Origin: Podarcis muralis | Lineage: Eukaryota | Assembly (NCBI RefSeq): GCF_964188315.1 | Contig: NC_135667.1 | Coordinates: 11,532,001 to 11,596,000, forward strand | Direction: 5' to 3' | DNA: 64,000 nt | Part shown: piece after piece, positions 12,314 to 24,230 of the stretch | How the letters are laid out: each line of letters begins with the position of its first letter | Numbering within the stretch: the stretch's first letter is position 1 | The notes under the pieces: model-generated | Database searches by the model: none | Told to the model about the DNA's origin: nothing | What the model saw: the letters and a program-made list of their open reading frames with translations, nothing else | Made by a program: the position numbers and the translations under genes

Positions 12314-12522
12314 AGGTGCTACAGATATCATCCATAGTTTCCCCCCAGTTCATTTACATGTCATATGCAACTACACTGGATATCAAGAATATAAATGATA
12401 AGACAATCTCTTCTGTAATTTTCATCATTTCAGGTAACTTCCTTTCTTGAAAAAACCACAGGGAAAATACCATGCCAACAAGTCTAGAGTGTAAATACAG
12501 AAATGACAAACTATTCTGTTAT

Positions 12523-13424
12523 TTACATCTTTCTCCGTATCAGCTGCTCTCTGTTATTCAGCTCAGGCCTCACCACAATAATGTAGCATTTAGGGGAAAA
12601 GATGCAACCCAGCAGCCCAGCACTGGAAACCAAGATGGAGAAGATCTCCACAGCCACCATGTATTTTCCTCTGGTGCTCAAGTATGTGGGAATAAAGGAG
12701 AACCAAACACTGCAGAAGACCAGCATGCTGAAGGTGATGAACTTGGCTTCATTGAAGCTGTCAGGCAGCTTCCTGGCTAAGAAGGCCACAGTGAAGCTGA
12801 TAATGGCCAGGAAGCCCATGTAGCCTAAAACGCAATAGAACATGAGAACTGACCCCTCATTACATAAGAATATAATTTCTTCACTGCTTGAGTGCATGTC
12901 CACATCTGGGAATGGGGCAGAGGTTGCCAGCCAGAAGGCACAGATTCCTACTTGAATCACAGAGCAGGAAAGGACAATGGAGTAAGCCAGTTTTCTGCCT
13001 ACCCACTTCCTGATTGTGGAATCTGGCTTGGTAGCCATGAATGCCAAAACCACTGAAATAGTCTTGGCCAAGATGCTAGAGAGGGCCACAGAGAAGACAA
13101 TGCCAAAAGCCGTTTGTCGGAGTGGGCAGGTTGCCTTATTAGGCATTCCAATGAACATCAAGGAGCACAGGAAACACAAGAGGAGGGAGATGAGGAGAAT
13201 GTAAGTGAGGCTTCTGTTATTGGCTTTGACGATGGCAGTGTTCCGGTGCTTAATGAAAATGCCAAGTACCATAGCTGTGATCAGAGAGAATAAAAGTGCA
13301 GAAAAAGTTGAAATGATGGCCAAAGTTTCACCAAAGCCTAGCACGTTTGGTTTCTTGGGAATGCACTCATTCTGCTCTTCATTTGGATATTGATCCGGAG
13401 GACATCTGGCACAGGTTTCCAACT
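12523..13424 (-). CDS. V2R B exon 6 (7TM)
   Basis: 902 bp, (E)LETCARCP...IRRKM*. Confidence 0.95.
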
Positions 13425-16400
13425 CTGAAAAAAGGTTGCATGACAATTGGATACAATCCGGAATATGCTTAAGAGTGTGTTTTTTAAAACTCAGGAGACC
13501 CCTTACCATAGTGTTTCCCAAAAAGGAAAAGTTTCAAAACGTCTACTTCAAATGCTTGTGCCCTTGATGCTTTGAAAATAAAGTTATGCATGAAATCTTA
13601 CATTTCATATATGGAGAAACTATTATTTTGGTGGTCCACCTCCATTTTCTTAGAACCACAGATACTCAGAATGAAATCAGAGAAATATTATAGCTGAAAT
13701 CTTGGAAGCAAGACGGGTGGTTTTTATAGGATTTTAACACTGTCCCCAAAGAGCCTTGGTCTTAGAGAAAAAACCGCCACTTCTATTCCATCCTCCCTTC
13801 CCCAAAACTTTAGTGTTGTCTTCCAGGACAACATGTATGTACAGTGGTACCTCGGGTTAAGAACTTATTTCATTGTGGAGGTCCATTCTTAACCTGAAAC
13901 TGTTAACCTGAGGCACCACTCTAGCTAATGGGGCCCCCCACTGCCGCCACACCGCCACCATGTGATTTCTGTTCTCATCCTGAAGCAACATTCTTAATCC
14001 GAGGTACTATTTCTGAGTTAGCGGAGTCTGTAACCTGTAGTGTCTGTAACCTGAAGCGTCTGTAACCCAAGCTACCACTGTATGAAATTTATGTCGTTGC
14101 ATCAAAACAGACTTGAGGTGAAGCTACGCTAGTGGTTTATAAAGTTAAAATGCATTATTAAAATGTGACACCACAGCAGGGAGCCACCAGCAATGGGAAA
14201 CTGCATTAAACATTATGGAACATTATATTTAATAACATTTAAATGATCAATGTAGATACAGTGATGGAAAATCTTTATGTGACAGATAAAGTCACATTCT
14301 GATGGTTTACTCCATAGAAAGCTAAGATAATTTCTTCATAGTGGCAGTTTTTACTGAGACTGAAGGGAAATTAAGATACTATTTTTATTAAAGAATATAA
14401 ATTGAGTCCATACAGAGCAAACCCCATTGCCCATTTGTTCATAATTTACTAAAGTAACTTGTATATGCTAATATGGCACCTCTCACCCTTCTCATTTGAG
14501 AACATCCCATGAGGACATGGATCACAAGCATAACAACAGAACTTCTTCCCCTCCTTCTTTTTCTTCTCATAACCAGGAAGACAGTTGGCATTGCATAATG
14601 ATACGGGTGGCACCTATCCAAAGATATAGGAAGAGGTTAATATTAAGAAAATGTTTCAGGGATTCATCTATCATCAGGTGATCTATCATTAAATAGGAGG
14701 GCCAGAAATGTTAAATGTAGGATCCATACTCTCAATATATGCAAAAGAATCTCTTCATCCTTCATATAAAGGAAATGGGAATGGGATTTAGCAAATATGG
14801 GGTTAACAATCCTGACAGCAAAATGGATGTGGGCATTAAGACATTCCAAAAATGTTTATTAGTGTGAACCTGAAATATATTTTGCCTGCCTGCCCGCCTT
14901 CTATCTCTTGCAACTCCATCCACCAGCCTCTCTTTTCTTCCCTCCAAGCTAAGCTTTGCACTCTACTCACACTTACAACAGTGCCAACAGCTAACTAGGG
15001 ATGTGGAACTGCACCGCTGCTCTGATGGCCAACGCCAGTGGTGTCATGGGCCAGGAGTCGGCTTCACCTGCTGAGCAGCAGCCTAAAGGAGCAGAAGGCA
15101 AAGTGACTCCACCTGCTGCTGATCAGCCTTCTTGCTCCTGATGAGAACCAGCTGGCTCCAGTTTTTAAAGCAGGGTTTCCAGCCTCAGTCAGTTGCTGGA
15201 AACAACTTTTGTCATTCCTGAGCAGACCTTGCTGCTCATGGTCTTCTCGTGACCTTGCTTCTCGTGACCTTGGCCCCTTGACTTTCTTGATCCCCAGATT
15301 GTCTGACTATGTGAACTGTAATACTCCTGAGGTTAGGACTGGACTGAACTGTGTACAGTAATACCTCCTTGAACGTACACCCCGTTGAGCGTCCATTCTG
15401 CTGAATGTCTGCGGCAAAACCAGAATTACGGGAACGGGTTACCGCTTGCGAATGCGTGTGTGTGCAGAACAGCCCTTTGTCATGCATCCCTTTCACCGAG
15501 CATCTGGGACTCTGCCTCCAGTCCAGTACCCCCCTGAGATGTGGCTGGTTGGCTGGCTGCTCCCTCCTCTGAGGGAGCACAGGACCATGACAAACAGCTG
15601 GATTCCTTCCCTAGGCATGCCTTGCCCAGCAGCCCATGGAGTACTTGGATGGGCAGCCGGGTTTCAAGCCACTCTGAGCAAGGCATGATTTGGGGGGCTC
15701 CTCCTGGGTCTGTGGCAGGGGCCAACCTGACAAACACCTCCAAACACTCCTGCTTCTATCATTCCAGTTCAAAACTAGGGTCCCAAGTGGCATCTGAAAA
15801 ACTCATGAAGATTACAATGTTCATTCACAAAGATACAGCTAGCTTAGCATTCTATCTAATGCTACTAAGCAGAGAGCTGCCTTGAACAAACAAACATGTT
15901 GGACGACACTCTCTGATAGCCATTGGTCCTTCTTAGTTTGGCATGTCTTCCTTGAATGTTGCTCTTTTTGAAGAAATAGTTCATTTAACATTTACTAATA
16001 CAGTGTTACCTCAGGTTACAGACGCTTTAGGTTACCGACGCTTCAGGTTACAGACTCCACTAACCCAGAAATATTACCTTGGGTTAAAAACTTTGCTTCA
16101 GGATGAGAACAGAAATCGTGCAGCAGCAGCGGAGAGGCGGCAGCAGGAGGCCCCATTAGCTAAAGTGGTGCTTCAGGTTAAGAACAGTTTCAGGTTAAGA
16201 ATGGACCTCCAGAACAAAATAAGTTCTTAACCCGAGGTACCACTGTATAGTTCTTGAACTTAATATGTTAACCTTAGTTCTTGAACTTAACATGTTCCAG
16301 AAATCCGTTCGACTCCCAAAACTGTTTAAAAAACCAAGCTGTGGCTTCTGATTGGCTGTAGGAGCTTCCTGTACTCAAGTGGAAGCCGCGTCAGATGTTC

Positions 16401-19400
16401 GACATCCGAAAAACATTCGCAAACCGGAACACTGACTTCCAGGTTTGCGGAATTCGGGTGTCAATTTGTTCAGGAGCCAAGCCATTCGAGAACCAAGGTA
16501 CCACTGTGGAATTATTAGTAGCATTGTTATTTGTAGTGGGCAGTACTTCCCTTTTCACCTCAAGTGGCAAAACCAGACATGCCACCCCTATATGCATTGA
16601 TTTCCTTACCTGAGTGAAGACTCTGTGCCATTGGATTCCATCCCCATTAAGGGTGAGCTCTTTTCCAGGAGGGGCCTGAGGATCCAGCTTTCCGACTTTG
16701 ACCCTGACATAGGAATTATTTGGGAAAGTGACCAGGTTTGTAATATCAAATCCGCCTGCCAATTCTCCATGTTCATTTAATGTGATTTCATCGCCAACAC
16801 TGTTGTTGAATGAGATTCTGTGCAGAAATGAGTGCAGCTAGGTGGAAAGAGAATCAAAAGGTCCATGAAGTCTTGTAATAGCCTTACTAAGACAATTCAA
16901 TAGGTTTCCTGGGAGAATTTAAGTTCTTTTCCTCCAGGGGTCCCCCACTTCAGTTCCCAATGGAGGGGACCAAGATTTCAACAGCAGATCAAATAGAGAG
17001 GGAAATCATAAATCAGTGTAAACTCAACAGTCATGAGATAGAATAAATAGCAAGATGAAAGATTAAAATATTTTTTTATTAAAAGATGATCCAAAAATAA
17101 CTTCCTGAAGAGAAGCAGGTCTTTTTGTTTTAAGACAGTCTTTAAAAGAATCTCTCCCCCCACCCTTTTAAAATAATTCCAGTAGCACCATAAAGACCAA
17201 CTAAATATAAGCCTTTTAGGTATGAGCTTTCGTGTGCATACACACATCTTCAAATACTCTGAAGCTGAGGTCGCTACAACCTTATAACTGTTGATAACTG
17301 TTAATGATGGCAGTTGGTTCCACAGGGAAGGGCAAGGGATGTAAGGTGCTACTGGAATTATAAATATTTTTTTGGAAGTATTCTTTTAAAGACTGTCTTA
17401 AGAAAAAAAGACTCGATTCTCTTAAGGGAGTTCTTTTTGGATCATCTTTTAATAATTTTTTTAAAAAATCTTTCATCTTGTTATTTATTATGACTATGAC
17501 AGACCAACACGGCTACCTACCTGAATCTATAGTCATGAAATATGTATATAAAGGATGTAGACCTGTTTCCTTCAGAGCAGCCTTTGATAAGATTCAAGAT
17601 ATAGAAGGGATTTCAGATAATGGGCAGGAAAAGGGTCAGGTGCTCGTGTTCTTAAGACATTATATTAATGCAACATGGAAACATGTAGCTATAGCTCTCA
17701 TGTTAGGAGCTGGAGTTTCTTAGTTCAGGGCATCCATGCTTTCTGTATGTGTGTGGCTGTATGCTGCTCTGTATTAGTTACTGTGCCTTTAGTCAATGTA
17801 TGCCCTCTTCTGATAAGCAAGAAACCTCTTTTTGAGCAGTCTTGTGTGAGTATAGGTTCCTTGGTAATAGCGACTATTTAGGACACACAGTAGAGCAGTG
17901 TGCAATTGTTTCCCCATATGAAAGTCCTCACCTCTAAAGGGAATATGTTCTAGGTGGACATGTGAAGGGGCTCCCACAGCAATCAATGGCAGACTAGCTA
18001 CAACCTTTGCTACGCCTCTAGATGTACTGGACTCTTCCACTAGCCATCACATATCCAACACAAGTGGAGGGCATCAGCTCTTGGCTACTGTCACTGTGCT
18101 CTACACAGGACATTAGAAATGAGAGGGGCTTTATTGATGATATACAAAATGTCCCTAGAATTCATGTTCTGCTACAAGAAAGCAGCCTGCCACTGAAAAA
18201 AATCTTTGCTAATCTTGCTTAAATCATGGAAAGAAGAAGTAGGTAAACTGTTCCCAACCCAATCCCGACTAATACCCCTGTGTGGTGTTTGCCCTCCTAT
18301 GTGTGTGACATCATACTGGGTTCATAGGGAAACGGTTAACTAATTGTAAAATGACTAACGAATCGGAACCTAGGGGGCAGAGTTAACTGTGTATAAGGTT
18401 TAAGCACAGAGGTGGGGGTTTTTTGGAGAGAGAGTCAGAGTTGTGGAGAAGACAGTCTGGAGTTGGGGAGGCAGATAAGAAAAGTCTGTGGGTTGGGCTA
18501 GTCTGGTGGGAGAGAGTGAGAGAATTTGTTAAGAGGAGTCAGTCAAACAGTTGAGATAATCAGTCAGGAGGTATTAGGAAGGTATAAGCTGGTAAAGAAA
18601 CTGAAGTTAAGACACTGACAGGAATATTATCTGAGAAACCATAAACTTGTTAACGTTTGTAAAATAAACTTGTTTTTTTGGGTTCATTTTTAACAACTGA
18701 CTGGACTCAGTGTCTTATAGGCTGTGAGATTAACTCCACACAATGGATTAAAATGTGGTCTAAACCTCCCTTTAAAGCCATATCAACAAAAAGGAATTTC
18801 ACTCTGAAATTCACTTACAGATGGTACCTAACACCATGGAAACTAGTGCTAATACACCCAGGAATCTCACCAAGATACTCAAGAGGATGCAGCTCCACGG
18901 GCACATACCTCCATATATGGTGGGAATGTCCCCAAATCTAAACCTTCTGGACAGCAATCAAACAAGAAATATGCAAAATAACTAAGCAAGTATTAGAAGT
19001 CATCCCAGAACTGACCCTACTAAACATATTCCAAGATAATATTGCCCACTCACATGATAAGAAGCTTATAACCCACCTACTCTCAGCAGCCAGACACTGG
19101 AGAGACCTGTCATGAGTAAGCATGGACCAATGGTATCAAATAGTACGGGAAACAGCCTTATTAGAAAAATGAACCAATAAACTGAAACTGACATGGGGAC
19201 AAATAGAAGAAGACGCCTTCACCCCGTTATGGTTCCCCTTTATCACATACGTAGCCCGACAACACAATAACAAGAATCTGCCAACAGCATAGAAATCAAT
19301 CTGGCTAACCTGATTCAAAAATACCCCCCCCCCCACCTCACTACAGCTAACCAAAGACAAACAACCACACCCTCAACCACCCCCAACCTCACTCAACAAC

Positions 19401-22400
19401 AAGCAAATATAAGAAGTGTATAGTCAGAGAACCCATACAAGTAACGCTGACCCAAAATCCCACACATACACTAAGTAGAAGAATAGAGGAATAACCACCC
19501 GACCCATTCCCCCATCCCCTCTTTCCCCCTCTTTTCTTCCTAACAAAAAACCACTCTGTTCTATTCCCTTTGGTTCCCCTTTGTTTAAACCAATTCACGA
19601 ACCAAGGACTTATACATTGAGCACTAATAATGAACCATATGTTGTAGATATTACTCCACATTTATTATGCTATTTTTATGATATACAAAAGACATGAGAA
19701 AACTTGGTATACTTATTTGTATAATATTCTTGTTTATAAAATATTTGCTGAAAAAACATTTGCTTTGATGGAAGTCAGACAGGGCAAGTTCAAGCAAATA
19801 TTTTCTAGAATCATAGGATCATATAATTATAGAGTTGGAGGGGATCACAATAAAATTAGTTAATGTTCATTTTGATGTATTAAGATTTATTATTTTATTT
19901 ATTATAAATAAATCACAACCCATATTGTACATCAATGGATTGCAAAACACTGCACATGTTATAAAGACTTTATAACAGGAAACATTACCTGCCAGGGCTC
20001 TACATTCTGAAGAAAGAGTCTGTTTCCACCTTTTAACCTTTTGCAGATGGCTTCAGATGAGCACCTAATATGTAGGGCATGTGCCAGAGCACAGACAGCA
20101 TTATAGATACTGTAGCTGTGGCCAGTCATACTCATTTCAAAAACTGGCGCAGGAAGGCTCTCCAGCAACTCCTCACCAGTACATGTACCCAAAATGCCTG
20201 CCATTGCAGTGGCGTTTGAAAGTGTGCAAACAAATGCTTGTTGCCAGAAATCCTTGATAAAACCATCTGCATCTGCCCATGAAGGCTTTACACCCTGCAG
20301 AAAGTCTGAGAAGTCTTGAATCTCCTTGGAGTGAATTGTAATGGAGATAGCACCTTGGAGCACTTGTATATTAGGGTCCATCAGCTTTCTTGGAACATTT
20401 GATATGAAATCTATCTGGGCTGCTGTAATCCATACTTTCCCTTCAGGTTCTTTCCTCACAGATTGATGAAGAATTAGCTGAATCATATTCCTTGCAGTAA
20501 ACACAGCTGTAAGCCATATAATCGATGTACTTTCTCCATATATAACAACTGCATTTGCTTTGCTTTTTATGAAAGCTTGTGAGAAAAGCTTTGATTGATC
20601 CACCATATCAAATATTTTACCACTGAATTGCAGATAGTATTCTGTTCTTTCTGTGAATGCTGAACAGATTCCATTCTTGAAAAGCATTGGTTCAATGGTC
20701 TTCAAGAATTGTTCTCCAGCTTCATTAGCTGGAGTGATGAGCCCAACCCATTTCCATCTGAAATGCAGAAGTAACTGGATAATTCCCTTGTACTGAAGAT
20801 CTTCATTGGGGACCATGCGGTAAAAGGAAGCGAATTTGATGTGATCATTTATGGCCAGTTCAAATGAACCATATGAAATCTGAAGAAGAAAAAAGCCAAA
20901 CTTTTCCATGTGGAAACGAGAATTCACAACACACTCATTTATCTTATATAAATTATATGCATTCCATCTTTCAAATCCACCCTCCCCCCATTTGCATAGA
21001 AAAACACACAAAACAAACCATCTTGCTCATTTATTTATGTAGATATTAATTCCTATTATTGTGGAGTCATCACATGGATTGTGTCAAAGTCAGGAGAGCA
21101 TTTATCCATGCTCATTTCAACATACTACCTGGATAAATCAACAAAACTTGATTGTGGAAATGGAGGGAGACAAACCATTGATCATGTTCTTTTGGTCTAT
21201 AACCTTTAAAGCACTTGAAAAAACTTGGCTGGTTTTTATACTAAGAACTCTCATGGGAGTTCTCCTATAAGTTTCCTGAATATAATACGTTTTATTCTTC
21301 TGTGATCAACAATAAACCATATCCTATAAAATGTAAGTAAAATACCAGCAGAAATTAAGGCAATTAAAATGAAGTTCAGTAATGTAGTAGAACAACACAA
21401 AATTGGTACCACTATTTCTCTATCTCCAAATGCCAGAAAAATAACAAGAAAAGTGCTTTTCATTAGCCTCTGAAAGTGGACAGAGCTGAATAACATCACA
21501 CTTCCACAAGGTGGGAATTTCATGATTCCTAGGGAAGAAGAAGAAGAAGAATTTGGGTTTGATATCCCGCTTTATCACTACCCTAAGGAGTCTCAAAGAG
21601 GCTAATGTTCTCCTTTCCCTTCCTCCCCCAAAACAAACACTCTGTGAGGTGAGTGGGGCTGAGAGACTTCAAAGAAGTGTGACTAGCCCAAGGTCACCCA
21701 GCAGCTGCATGTGAAGGAGCTGAGATGCGAACCCGGTTCTCCAGATTACGAATCTACCGCTCTTAACCACTACACCCCCCTGGCTGGGAGAGAGCCATTC
21801 TTGTCCTGAGTTATTTATGCCTGTGCAAGCGATTATCAAAGCATGAATTGGGATTGGTGCTTTTCAGACATCTAGGACAATGCTTGAAGGATTGAAATAA
21901 TATGAGCCCAATCCTCCACTAAATATATTAAACACACATGTTTCAGAACATGACTCTCTCATAAAAGTTGGTTTATGCACTTACTAACCCCCACAAATAT
22001 ATCAATATATTGCAACCATTTTCATTTTTTGACTTGATACTTTTGAATCATCAGCTTCCTAATGGAAGGAGTGTAGAGTGAACTACGGTATGAAATATCT
22101 ATTTTTTGTACCTGTGGAATCTTGTAAAGACCTAAGACATCTGCCATGGATGAGGAGGTGTCAGAGCTAAGTCCCCCAATCACTCCTACTACTTTTTTCT
22201 GAATTCCACATATGTAGTTGGGGACAAAGTGATGTGATTTAAAGAGCAGATCCAGAGTGTTTTGGTAGGTCATCCTTGAATCAGAATAGGAATCATAGAT
22301 GTGGAATCCAAGCGTGGCATTGGGCAAGATCTTGGGATTCCCATTGATCTCATCAACAGCAAACACCAAGGCGAGGATGTGTTGGTAGAACTTTCTAATC

Positions 22401-24230
22401 ACCCTACAAATAAAGTGTGTTACTATTTTATGGGGAATAAAGCAGTGCACAACATCAAGATGTTAGAGATTAAACTGCCTCTGTTAACTATTCATGTCAA
22501 TATTGAAATTGCTTTGTGTGTTTAGAGTTAATGTTTGGATGTCTCCTCCATCCAAGTTAGATTTTTTAGTTGTCTGAAAACATAGGTTGAGAAGAGATCT
22601 TCACTTATGAAGCTTCTAGTTCTTTAACCATGTTGCTCTTTATCACTAGAAACAAGAACTGTGCCACATGGCTATGCTACAGTTATTGAAATCAGTTCGA
22701 TATCCCTTTGTCAGTACATAGCTGTCCCTAGCAATAGAAACAGTATGATATTAAACAAAGGAATTGGCAGCTGCCATTTTGATTATGAAGAATGCCCAGT
22801 GATGAGCTAGCAGTGATGATGGTAAAAGGGCTCTCCTCCCATTATTACTAAGCACATTTAAAATGTATCCCTGAATGTTTGCAATGTACTTTAGACATGC
22901 CTTCCATTTTGAACCATCCTTCACTAATGCAGCTCAAGCTGGGCTTCATAGTTCTCATCTCTCCGCTTGCCTCCCACAAAAGTGCCTAAGTTGTAGGTGA
23001 CACAGAAAATGGAGATTGGAACCCAGAAGGTTGCCATGATGTATTACTGTGGGCAGGAGGATGAATGGCTAGAGAACAAGTGGTGGTGATCTGAAACTGA
23101 ATCAGCTCAAACACAGTTGAAGTTTCATATCTTCATCTTTACCAGCACTGCGTCCACAACCAGCTATCTGGAAGAGCTTGAATATTCTTTTGTCATCTGG
23201 CCAAGACAGCATTTCTCTAATAAAGTTAGCAGCCTGCTGCTACGTCTTTGGAAATACTTTAGAGATGGAATCAGTTTCAGACGTCAAATGGTATGCTGTG
23301 CACTCTCTGTTCCATTTTTGCTGGAACAGTTTTGATTATTATGGCCAGAGGATGTAGTGAATGTGCTTGAAGAAATGAAGTTGTCAAACTGACCCCTTGA
23401 CCCTTGCCTGTCTTGGCTTTTTAAATGGAGCTTTATAGGATTGACTGGCAGTGGCAGACTTGGGTACTATGACACCTATTGCAAGGCTGAAAATTTGCAC
23501 CACGTAGACCTTGCATTGCCTTCCCTTAGGAAGGAGTCACAAGGCTCTGGCAGGGTCCTAGAATCCTTCCATCTAATTCTCAAAGCTGAAAAATTGCTAA
23601 CTAGGCTTTGTGAAGGAGGCAGGAGGACTCCAGAACCTTGTCAGATACTCATGGCTCTCTACTCAAGCCCAGTGCCTGGCTTACCTGGCTTTGAGGCAGT
23701 GCTCCCATGGCTCTGTCTCCAATGTGTGTACACTGCTCGCACAACCCTAATTCTGCCTCTTTGACTGGGGAAGTTCAGTGAGTTTTCTATGCTTCACTGG
23801 ATAATAGACACATACTGTCCAACTTGAAGCAGGTTATGGTGTGTCGCCTCTTTACTCTGAACCAAAAATGAAATATTCTTATAAATTCTTATGACTGTTT
23901 TTTAAAAAATTAATTTAAAATATTTTTTCATAGCATTTTTTCCAAAACAAAAGTACTTTCTAGGTGGATATAAATGTCTAAGGAATAAAAGAAATAATCT
24001 TAAGGTCCATTTACTTACACTGGATTGTCAATAAAGTCGTGTGATGGGTGTTGATGGAAGGAAATGCTGGGGAATACGTAATGGATATGAGACACTATCC
24101 CACCAATGATAAGGTCCCCTTGTTCATACCACTCATGGGGAATATGCACAGGGTTATTTCTGCTGCAAACAACAGTGTGCACTTTTGGAACCATATTGGG
24201 AAGCAGTAGGAGAAGCAGCAGCAACAACAT
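12523..24230 (-). CDS. V2R gene B, 6 exons, intact, 883 aa; mosaic of D-like 5' and C-like 3'
   Basis: Exons 24019-24230, 22112-22403, 19989-20879, 16610-16837, 14487-14613, 12523-13424; canonical splice sites, open frame. The ORF-track start 24239 is GTG; the real ATG is 24230. Confidence 0.93.
13842..14080. mobile_element. Tc1/mariner-type MITE, gene B intron 5
   Basis: Same family and site as the A copy, TA TSD. Confidence 0.82.
14487..14613 (-). CDS. V2R B exon 5
   Basis: 127 bp, [14 protein letters not shown]...[17 protein letters not shown]. Confidence 0.92.
15042..15732. mobile_element. Solo LTR-like element, gene B intron 4
   Basis: TGTCA...TGACA termini; no TSD visible; copies in C and D. 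Confidence 0.6.
16001..16506. mobile_element. Composite of two MITE families, gene B intron 4
   Basis: 16001-16245 is an inverted copy of the intron-5 family; 16248-16506 is a second family lacking its left TIR, ending AACCAAGGTACCACTG. Confidence 0.75.
16610..16837 (-). CDS. V2R B exon 4
   Basis: 228 bp, [17 protein letters not shown]...HRVFTQ. Confidence 0.92.
17041..17530. mobile_element. Penelope-like element relic with long inverted arms (gene B intron 3)
   Basis: PLE pseudo-LTR-type motifs (CCAGTAGCACC..AGACCAACT, TATGAGCTTTCGTGTGCA, CAGACCAACACGGCTACC); inverted arms 17043-17189 and 17345-17488; flanking direct repeat AGTCATGA(G/A)ATA; absent from A and D. Confidence 0.75.
17220..17257 (-). 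ncRNA. Minimal hammerhead ribozyme copy with core substitution (CUGAAGA to UUGAAGA) in gene B intron 3
   Basis: Identical to 31159-31196 except plus-strand A at 17253 instead of G. Confidence 0.72.
18211..19750 (+). mobile_element. 5'-truncated L1-type LINE, gene B intron 3, interrupted by an LTR-like segment
   Basis: RWYLTPWKL...[11 protein letters not shown] zinc-knuckle region of L1 ORF2; 3' UTR; paralogous to the C and D copies. Confidence 0.82.
18281..18726 (+). mobile_element. LTR-like segment inside the gene B L1
   Basis: Starts TGTGG, AATAAA near 18663; replaces about 340 bp of L1 present in D; 3' end not a clean CA. Confidence 0.55.
19989..20879 (-). CDS. V2R B exon 3
   Basis: 891 bp, ISYGSF...EPWQ. 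Confidence 0.93.
21536..21785 (-). mobile_element. Squam3-like SINE with (TTC)n tail, gene B intron 2
   Basis: Same family as 10970-11210; absent from A and D intron 2. Confidence 0.82.
22112..22403 (-). CDS. V2R B exon 2
   Basis: 292 bp, VIRKFYQ...KIPQ. Confidence 0.93.
24019..24230 (-). CDS. V2R B exon 1
   Basis: [17 protein letters not shown]...FIDNPV, donor GTAAGT. Confidence 0.87.

Larger units (their letters stand above)
11950..22400. repeat. Segmental duplication unit, counterpart at about 25890-36350 (offset about 13.94 kb)
   Basis: Matching ORF-track entries at offsets 13941-13950; shared TE insertions. Confidence 0.9.

Noticed and set aside
15139-15170. Other CTGATGA/CTGAAGA hits as further hammerheads (also near 17106 and 61645)
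   Set aside because: No stem II followed by GAAA at the right spacing.
15236-16230. Clusters of 60-114-aa ORFs in intron 4 of B, C and D
   Set aside because: They lie inside LTR and MITE sequence, have no recognisable domain and are conserved only through recent duplication.
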